This document shows positions 58,004 through 64,000 of a stretch of DNA of 64,000 nucleotides, piece by piece. This stretch comes from Candidatus Falkowbacteria bacterium RIFOXYA2_FULL_47_19 (lineage in GTDB: Bacteria; Patescibacteriota; Patescibacteriia; Patescibacteriales; UBA12075), in assembly GCA_001780275.1 (NCBI GenBank), contig MFGB01000016.1, positions 92,161 to 156,160 on the forward strand. Reading direction: 5' to 3'. The notes below the pieces were generated by a model that worked only from the letters and a program-made list of their open reading frames with translations, searched no databases and was not told the origin of the DNA. The position numbers were made by a program, and so were the translations under genes. The first letter of the stretch is position 1, and each line of letters starts with the position of its first letter.

Positions 58004-58942
58004 ATGACTAACGCAAATACGACCGACAACGCCGCCAAATTCGCTTTTTTCTACATGCTTTCCCTGGTGGCGCTGGTATTCATGGCCCTGTCCACGGGCA
58101 TGATCATTTTCCAGGTGATCAACAAGAACATCATGGACACCCTTCACGAAGGCAGCGGACAATTCTCTTCCGAGGCGCTTAAATTCGCCATTTCCGCCCT
58201 GATCATATCCGCACCGGTCTTTTTCGCCGCCAGCCGCAGCATCTATCGGAGCCTTTTTTCCGGCGCGCTTAACCGCGAATCGGGTATCAGGAAGTGGCTC
58301 ACTTATTTCATCCTTTTCATAGCTTCCGTCGTGATGATCGGCTGGCTCATATTCACGATCAATAATTTCCTTAACGGCGAACTGACGCTTAAATTCCTTC
58401 TTAAAGCCGTAACCGCCATCGGCATCGCGGTAAGCGTTTTCACTTTTTATTATTACGATATCCGGCGCCCGGAGGTGATCGATAAGAAAGACCGGGTAAT
58501 AAGCGTTTATTTTTACGGAACCCTGGCCATAATAATCGCCGCTTTCGTGTCCGCGCTCTTCGTGGTCGAATCGCCGACCATAACCCGCAACCGGAAGCTC
58601 GACAACGCGATCCTCGATTCGTTCAACCAGATCGATCAGGCAATAAGCGAATATTATCGCGAAAACAGCCGCCTGCCGGAAGATCTCAATGTCCTGCGCG
58701 AGGAATATCCCTACATAACCGATGAAGATATCAGAGACAAGGAGACCGGCGCCTTTGAGTTTAATATTAAAGGCGACCGGGCTTACGAATTGTGCGCGGT
58801 TTTCCGCACGTCCAATACCGACGAAAGCGGTTCTTACGAATGGTATAAGGAGCGCTGGCCCCATGAAGCCGGAGAGCAATGCCTGAAGCAGAAGGTTCTG
58901 TACCTTGAAGAGGAAAAAGCCATACCCTTGCCGATAAGATAG
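58004..58942 (+). CDS. DUF5671-like membrane protein
   Basis: AKFAFFYMLSLVAL, IRKWLTYFILF, FLNGELT.KF.LK, YELCAVF. Confidence 0.75.
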   Translation: MTNANTTDNAAKFAFFYMLSLVALVFMALSTGMIIFQVINKNIMDTLHEGSGQFSSEALKFAISALIISAPVFFAASRSIYRSLFSGALNRESGIRKWLTYFILFIASVVMIGWLIFTINNFLNGELTLKFLLKAVTAIGIAVSVFTFYYYDIRRPEVIDKKDRVISVYFYGTLAIIIAAFVSALFVVESPTITRNRKLDNAILDSFNQIDQAISEYYRENSRLPEDLNVLREEYPYITDEDIRDKETGAFEFNIKGDRAYELCAVFRTSNTDESGSYEWYKERWPHEAGEQCLKQKVLYLEEEKAIPLPIR

Positions 58943-58968
58943 TCGAATAATATAAATATCAATAAGCC

Positions 58969-58986
58969 GTTCATTGACAAAGGAGC
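58969..58986 (+). promoter_or_regulatory. boxA-like motif plus SD
   Basis: GTTCATTGACAA directly followed by AGGAG. Confidence 0.5.
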
Positions 58987-58993
58987 ATTACCC

Positions 58994-59599
58994 ATGAAAG
59001 CGTTATTGGCAATACTGGCCGGTTTATTGTTGGTTTTGGCGATTAGCACTCTGCCCGCATCGGCTAAGGAGCCGGGCGATACTCTCGTAAGATCGATCGA
59101 GCGGACCTTATCCATATTAAGAGCGGATGACGCTCCCCCCGTTAAAAAAGCCAGGATCCGGGAAGTCATCAACGGTCTTTTTGATTTTGACCTGATGGCC
59201 CAAAAAGTAACCGGTCATCACTGGAATGATTTCAGTCCGGAGGAAAAAAAGGAATTTACCGCCGTGTTCGCGGATCTGGTGGGCGATATTTATCTTGATA
59301 AACTTAAGTATTATCGAAACGAGAAGATCGAATTCATCGGGCAATATCTTAGAAGCGAACGTGATGGCCGTTCTTTTTATCTTGTCTCTACGATGATCAC
59401 CAAGATAGAGCAGCAATTCCGCGTGAATTACGGAATGTACGTTTTTGCCGGACAAGGACGCGTTTATGACGTCGAGATAGAAGGAGTCAGCCTGGTGCGG
59501 AGCTTCCGCACCCAGTACGCCAACCTGCTCGAGAAAATGACGCCGGCAAAATTCATAGATAATATCAGGGCCCGGCTTAAAGAGAGGCGAGGACAATGA
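58994..59599 (+). CDS. mlaC: MlaC/Ttg2D-family phospholipid-binding protein
   Basis: Signal peptide; FDFDLMAQKVTG.HW...EEKKEF...F, VYDVEIEGVSLVRSFRTQY. Confidence 0.85.
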   Translation: MKALLAILAGLLLVLAISTLPASAKEPGDTLVRSIERTLSILRADDAPPVKKARIREVINGLFDFDLMAQKVTGHHWNDFSPEEKKEFTAVFADLVGDIYLDKLKYYRNEKIEFIGQYLRSERDGRSFYLVSTMITKIEQQFRVNYGMYVFAGQGRVYDVEIEGVSLVRSFRTQYANLLEKMTPAKFIDNIRARLKERRGQ

Positions 59600-60372
59600 A
59601 AAAGCCCTTAATCCCCGCATTGGACGGACACAGGACAAAAGCCGATATTATCAAGGCGGCTGTCGACATCGGCCATTCGCCCTTATCCGGCATTATCCAT
59701 TACTGGAAGATAAATGACGCGGCCCATCTTGAGCGTTCCACGGGGCAAGCGGTTATAAAGGCTTTGCGCCGGGCGATCGGCAAAGACCGGAGCTGCGGCA
59801 TATTTCTGGATCTGAAATTGACCGAAACGAACGGCAGTCTGGGCAATATAGCGCGCCATTATGCCGATTCCCGTCCGGACATATTGACCGTTACCGGAAA
59901 GGTTTCGACGCGCGGATTCATCGAGCTCCGCCGGATATTGCCGAAGACCAAAATCGCTCTGGTAAGCGTTTTAAGCGATATTACGGAAGAAGAGTGCCGT
60001 TTCCGCTGGTGTAAATCCGTCCAAGACCTGATGATCTCGGAAATAGAGGGGATCCAGGATTATTATCGTCGGCTTAAAAGCTATACCGATCCGGCCACGG
60101 CCTTCGACATGGTGGTTTGCTCTCCGGACGAGGTCGGCAGTTTAAGCCGGCGTTTTTCGTGGCTCGAATTCGTGGTTCCCGGCATCCGCGACGCCTGGAT
60201 GGTCAATGGCCAGCAGGCCAGATTCTCCGGCATCGTCCGGACGCTCGATAACGGCGCCGATTACGTCGTTATAGGCGCGCAGATCGCGCGGGGCAATCCG
60301 GAAAAAGGCATAACAGCCGAAGAGAGCCGGAATCTTACTCTGAGCGAACTTGAGAGGAGGGGGAAGGCATGA
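59596..60372 (+). CDS. pyrF: Orotidine-5'-phosphate decarboxylase (divergent)
   Basis: IPALD, FLDLKLTE, VVPGIR, QQAR, GADYVVIG; adjacent to pyrE. Confidence 0.8.
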   Translation: MKKPLIPALDGHRTKADIIKAAVDIGHSPLSGIIHYWKINDAAHLERSTGQAVIKALRRAIGKDRSCGIFLDLKLTETNGSLGNIARHYADSRPDILTVTGKVSTRGFIELRRILPKTKIALVSVLSDITEEECRFRWCKSVQDLMISEIEGIQDYYRRLKSYTDPATAFDMVVCSPDEVGSLSRRFSWLEFVVPGIRDAWMVNGQQARFSGIVRTLDNGADYVVIGAQIARGNPEKGITAEESRNLTLSELERRGKA

Positions 60373-60942
60373 ATTTAAGGGATGAGCTTGCGGATATGCT
60401 TCGCCTGAAATCCTGCCGCTACAGCGATAGACCGGAATTTAAGCTGGCTTCCGGTAAGATGAGCCGTTATTACATAGACTGCCGGCAAACGACTTATAGC
60501 GCCCGGGGGAATGTATCTGGTCGGCCACGTGATTTTCCCGCTCGTAAGGGATATCGGCATAACCGCTATCGGCGGGCTTACGCAAGGAGCGGATCCGATC
60601 GCCGCCGCCATCGCTTATACTTCCGTGCTTTACGGCGAACGGATCGATTCTTTTTCGGTCCGGAAAGAAAAGAAAGGCCACGGGGTTGGCGGCTGGATAG
60701 TCGGCGGCGTAGCGCCCGGCGCCCGGATCGCGATCGTCGAAGACGTGATCACAACCGGCGATTCGACGCTTTTAGCTATAGAACGGGCGCGGGAAGAAGG
60801 ACTTGATCCGGTCAAGGTCGTTATCCTGGCCGACCGCCGGGAAAACTGCGCCTTGGACCGGATCAGGCGGCAGGTTCCGGACGTATCGGCCATATTTACC
60901 CGGGATCAATTGTTCGCGATCTCAGGAAATTATGGACTTTAA
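60369..60942 (+). pseudogene. pyrE: Orotate phosphoribosyltransferase split by a +1 frameshift
   Basis: FKLASGKMSRYYIDCR in the 60369 frame; GGLTQGADPI, VRKEKKGHG and IVEDVITTG in the 60511 frame. Junction at the G5 run 60505-60509. Confidence 0.88.
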
Positions 60943-60953
60943 AGGAGAAAATA

Positions 60954-61442
60954 ATGGAAGAAATCGCGCGGATCGTCCAGAAATATTTCAACACCTGTTC
61001 CGTGTGCCTGACAAAAGGGCTTGAAAGCTTCGAAGTGAAACTCGATCCGGCCGGCCGGATCGTGTGCGCGAACGAATGTTCGTGCCAGAAAAGACAGAGG
61101 GAACGGAACTTCGCGTTCCTGCATTTCGCCCGGCATAATTTCAGTCCGGAAAATATCGTCGATTTCGGCCCGGGCTTCATAATCCTAAAAAAATCCGGGG
61201 CCGCGGACGATATTCCCGCCCTGATCGACTCGCTCATAACGTATTTTTTCCGGAATTTCTGCGCCGTCCGGAGTCTGGAACCGTCCAAAGAGAGTCTCGA
61301 ACTTTTTGACGCCACCTCTGACTGCCGGCTTTTATCGGTAAGCCTCGGAAGAGAGCGGGTAAAGGGAGTTTTATCCGCCTTGCTGCCCGCAGCCAAACCG
61401 AAAAAAACCGTAAAACCGAAAGCGGCCGCGGCCGCACCCTGA
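60954..61442 (+). CDS. Hypothetical Cys-containing protein
   Basis: SD AAGGAG; CSVC...CANECSC; terminator near 61472-61502. Confidence 0.65.
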   Translation: MEEIARIVQKYFNTCSVCLTKGLESFEVKLDPAGRIVCANECSCQKRQRERNFAFLHFARHNFSPENIVDFGPGFIILKKSGAADDIPALIDSLITYFFRNFCAVRSLEPSKESLELFDATSDCRLLSVSLGRERVKGVLSALLPAAKPKKTVKPKAAAAAP

Positions 61443-61530
61443 AAAAGCCTGAATTCGGGCTAAAATAATTTAAATAGTTAGCTAAGATAAGCTAACTTTT
61501 TTATTGTCTAGGAATTTCTATTTTTAGTTA

Positions 61531-61606
61531 ATTTCGTGATCATTCGTTATTTTCGTGTTTTCGGCTTAAAAAAGCTAAACACGAAAGCAACGAAAAAATA
61601 CGAAAT
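61531..61606. repeat. 9-mer array with inverted copy (hairpin)
   Basis: TTTCGTGAT..ATTCGTTAT TTTCGTGTT then AACACGAAA GCAACGAAA AAATACGAAAT. Confidence 0.8.
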
Positions 61607-61707
61607 AAACAAAAAAAGCCGAAGGTTTATTTTATTTTGCTTTTCGCGGCGTTTTAAGGTATAATATTAACAGGTTAACCGCCGTTCTCTGACGGCTATT
61701 TAGTTTA

Positions 61708-62421
61708 ATGATAGAATTCAAACTGGAAAAATTCGAAGGGCCGCTTTCCCTGCTTTTGAAATTAATAGAGCAGGAAGAGATGGATATTACCCAGGTCAGC
61801 CTGGCTAACGTCGCCGACCAATACGTAGAGTATATCAAAAGATCACCGGAGATCGATGCGGAAGAAGTGGCCGATTTTTTAGTGGTGGCCGCGAAGCTCC
61901 TGCTTATAAAATCAAAAGCGCTCCTGCCCTATCTTTATCCGGAAGAGGCGGAGGAGATCGACGACCTCGAGAAGCAGCTGCGGATGTACAAGGAGTTCGT
62001 CGAAGCCGCCCGCAAGATCAACCTGATGATCGGCAAGAAGAAATTCATGTTCACCCGCGTTTTTAACCGCCGGGCCATGCTCGCCGACGCGAATCTTTTC
62101 TCCCCTCCGGCGAAGATCGGAAGCGATGATATGAGGATGATCTTCCGGGACCTTTTGGCCCGCCTGCGCCCTCCGGAAGCGCTTGAAGAAAGGACGATCA
62201 TAAGCAAGGTTTCGATCGAGGATAAGATTCTCCATATCCAGCAGATGCTCGTTACCAGGATTAAGATGAGTTTCAATAAGGTACTCGCGCGCGCCAAAGA
62301 CAAAACCGAAATAATAGTGAGTTTCCTGGCCATGCTCGAACTTATGCGCCAGCGGGAAGTGGTATTGGAGCAGGAAGAATTATTCAGCGAGATTTTTATT
62401 GAAAAAATAGTTAAAGAATAA
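61708..62421 (+). CDS. scpA: Segregation and condensation protein A
   Basis: FEGPLSLLLKLI, FLVVAAKLLLIKSKALLP, IVSFLAMLEL. Confidence 0.96.
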   Translation: MIEFKLEKFEGPLSLLLKLIEQEEMDITQVSLANVADQYVEYIKRSPEIDAEEVADFLVVAAKLLLIKSKALLPYLYPEEAEEIDDLEKQLRMYKEFVEAARKINLMIGKKKFMFTRVFNRRAMLADANLFSPPAKIGSDDMRMIFRDLLARLRPPEALEERTIISKVSIEDKILHIQQMLVTRIKMSFNKVLARAKDKTEIIVSFLAMLELMRQREVVLEQEELFSEIFIEKIVKE

Positions 62422-62422
62422 T

Positions 62423-62532
62423 AATTACAAATACACCAATCAAAACACAAATTCACAAATGCCGCACTAACATGTCCGTTGAATATTTGTGATTTAATTC
62501 GTGAATTCGTGATCTTATTGTGAATTCGTAAT
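62423..62532. repeat. 8-mer array with inverted copy in scpA-scpB spacer
   Basis: ATTACAAAT..AATTCACAAAT / ATTTGTGATTT AATTCGTG AATTCGTG..AATTCGTAAT. Confidence 0.75.
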
Positions 62533-62538
62533 CCATTT

Positions 62539-63483
62539 ATGGGCGGAATAAAGAGTAAAATTGAATCCTTATTGTTCATCTCGGCTAAACCGATGACGAT
62601 AAGCCAGCTGTCCGGCCTGCTTAAGAAGAACGCGAAAGAGGTCGGCACGGCCGGGGACGAGCTCGTGGAGGATTATAAGCAGAGCGGGGGCGGTATTCAG
62701 ATAATCAAAAACGGATCAAAGTATCAGATGGTCAGCTCTCCCGAAAACGCCCACCTGGTCCAGGAGTTCATAAAGGACGAAACGACGGGTGAACTTTCGC
62801 GCCCGAGTCTCGAGGCTTTGACGATCATTGCTTACCGTGGGCCGATCACCAAGATAGAACTTGACCGGATCAGGGGCGTCAATTGCGCCCTTATCATAAG
62901 GAATCTTCTTCTGCGCGGCCTGATCGAGGGCCGGGCGGACAAGATCAAGAAGGAAACCTATTACCGAGTTACATTGGATTTTATCCGGTTTCTGGGCATT
63001 AACGATATCAAGGAGCTTCCTGATTACGAAAAGCTCAATCAGGACGATACGATCGACCGGGTTTTGGCCGGCAGCGAAGGAGGACAGGCCGGACCGGCGG
63101 CCGGTATCGGATCATCCGATGGCGATAATGAAGAAGGGATCCCGGTAGGCAGAAACGGCGAAGGCGAAGATCTATCCGAAGATGACGCGGATGAGGAAAC
63201 GGAAGATACTGGCGAAGAGGAAGAAAGCGCCGATGATTACACGGAAAACACGGACGCGGAAGAATACGGATCCGATGAAAGCGAAGCGGGCGAAGAGGAT
63301 GATGATTATGAAGAAACGGTGGAGGAAGACGGATCAGAAGAGGGGGCGGATCTTGTTTCGGGAGATGAAGAGGAAGAAAGCGCCGATCCATACGCGGAAG
63401 AATACGGATCCGATGATGACGAATCGGGCGAAGAGGATCCGGAGGGCGACGGCAAAGAAGAAAACGAAAAACCGGAAAATTAA
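62539..63483 (+). CDS. scpB: Segregation and condensation protein B with long acidic tail
   Basis: IESLLFIS, LSRPSLEALTIIAYRGPITK.E...IRGVN, FL.FLGI..I.ELP. Confidence 0.96.
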   Translation: MGGIKSKIESLLFISAKPMTISQLSGLLKKNAKEVGTAGDELVEDYKQSGGGIQIIKNGSKYQMVSSPENAHLVQEFIKDETTGELSRPSLEALTIIAYRGPITKIELDRIRGVNCALIIRNLLLRGLIEGRADKIKKETYYRVTLDFIRFLGINDIKELPDYEKLNQDDTIDRVLAGSEGGQAGPAAGIGSSDGDNEEGIPVGRNGEGEDLSEDDADEETEDTGEEEESADDYTENTDAEEYGSDESEAGEEDDDYEETVEEDGSEEGADLVSGDEEEESADPYAEEYGSDDDESGEEDPEGDGKEENEKPEN

Positions 63484-63536
63484 ACGGACTGTTTTACGAA
63501 TTTTATCAATATTATACTAAATACCAGATACTAAAT

Positions 63537-64000
63537 ATGAAGTTCCCCATGCTTTCTATTTCAGTGCTTCTTGTTTTTACTTTGTTCATCTGCACTTTAT
63601 TCATTAACGACAAGGATACCGCTTCGAAGATCGTTTTGGACGGCGATTTTTTCGATACGGGGCGGGTTTTGGGCGTGAGCGAAGCCCTGCCTATCCCGGG
63701 GGCGGAGGGCCTTTACCTCGGGCTTTATGACCGGGCCGGAATAGACCCTCTCGACAAAAAAAAGCCCGCACCGCAAAGAACCGGCGCCGAAGCTGATTTT
63801 ATATTGCCGGCCGGCCGGGGAGCGGTTTTGGATTCCTTAAGCGGAGCGGTCCTTTACGGACAGGCGGCCGAGGAAAAAGCGCCGATCGCGAGCCTTACCA
63901 AGCTGGCCACCGCCCTGGTCTTTCTCGAGTATAACCGCGGCTGGGAAGAGATCTATGAACTTAAGCCGGAGGACCGGACCCTGGGCGGCATGATCTATCT
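63537..64000 (+). CDS. D-alanyl-D-alanine carboxypeptidase (peptidase S11), 3' truncated by window
   Basis: Translated by hand: MKFPMLSISVLLVFTLFIC...AVLDSLSGAVLY...PIASLTKLATALV (SxxK motif). Confidence 0.85.
   Translation, partial: MKFPMLSISVLLVFTLFICTLFINDKDTASKIVLDGDFFDTGRVLGVSEALPIPGAEGLYLGLYDRAGIDPLDKKKPAPQRTGAEADFILPAGRGAVLDSLSGAVLYGQAAEEKAPIASLTKLATALVFLEYNRGWEEIYELKPEDRTLGGMIY

Overview
Bacterial chromosomal window, most likely Patescibacteria/CPR (Parcubacteria-like). This is inferred from the missing rpmD (uL30) between rpsE and rplO, A/T-rich non-Shine-Dalgarno leaders on core genes, ribosomal proteins with long Lys/Glu-rich extensions, and DUF5667/DUF5671-like proteins. The core is the str-S10-spc ribosomal cluster (rpsL to secY, 21.3-39.1 kb), interrupted by a Phd/YefM-like ORF between fusA and tuf and an S4-less TlyA-like methyltransferase between rplF and rplR. 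Other genes include rpmB (missed by the ORF track), an RND pump, a two-component pair, an ECF sigma/anti-sigma locus, a MacB-like ABC system, map, ruvX, recO, aspS, asnS, a 2-oxoacid:ferredoxin oxidoreductase, pyrF, a frameshifted pyrE and scpAB. The most notable non-coding signals are: (1) a very minimal transcriptional T-box riboswitch before aspS, with an ultrashort K-turn Stem I carrying a GAC specifier and no room for Stem II; (2) about six accessory cassettes sharing the layout sigma70 promoter, boxA-like GTTC(A/T)TT(G)ACAA, strong SD, gene(s), terminator; (3) a dozen degenerate 7-9-nt tandem arrays or hairpins in operon spacers; (4) a shared putative ECF promoter; (5) two stand-alone small membrane-peptide units; (6) a multibranched 235-nt element after aspS. 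No rRNA, tRNA, CRISPR array or transposase was recognised. All calls come from reading the sequence; no database search was run.
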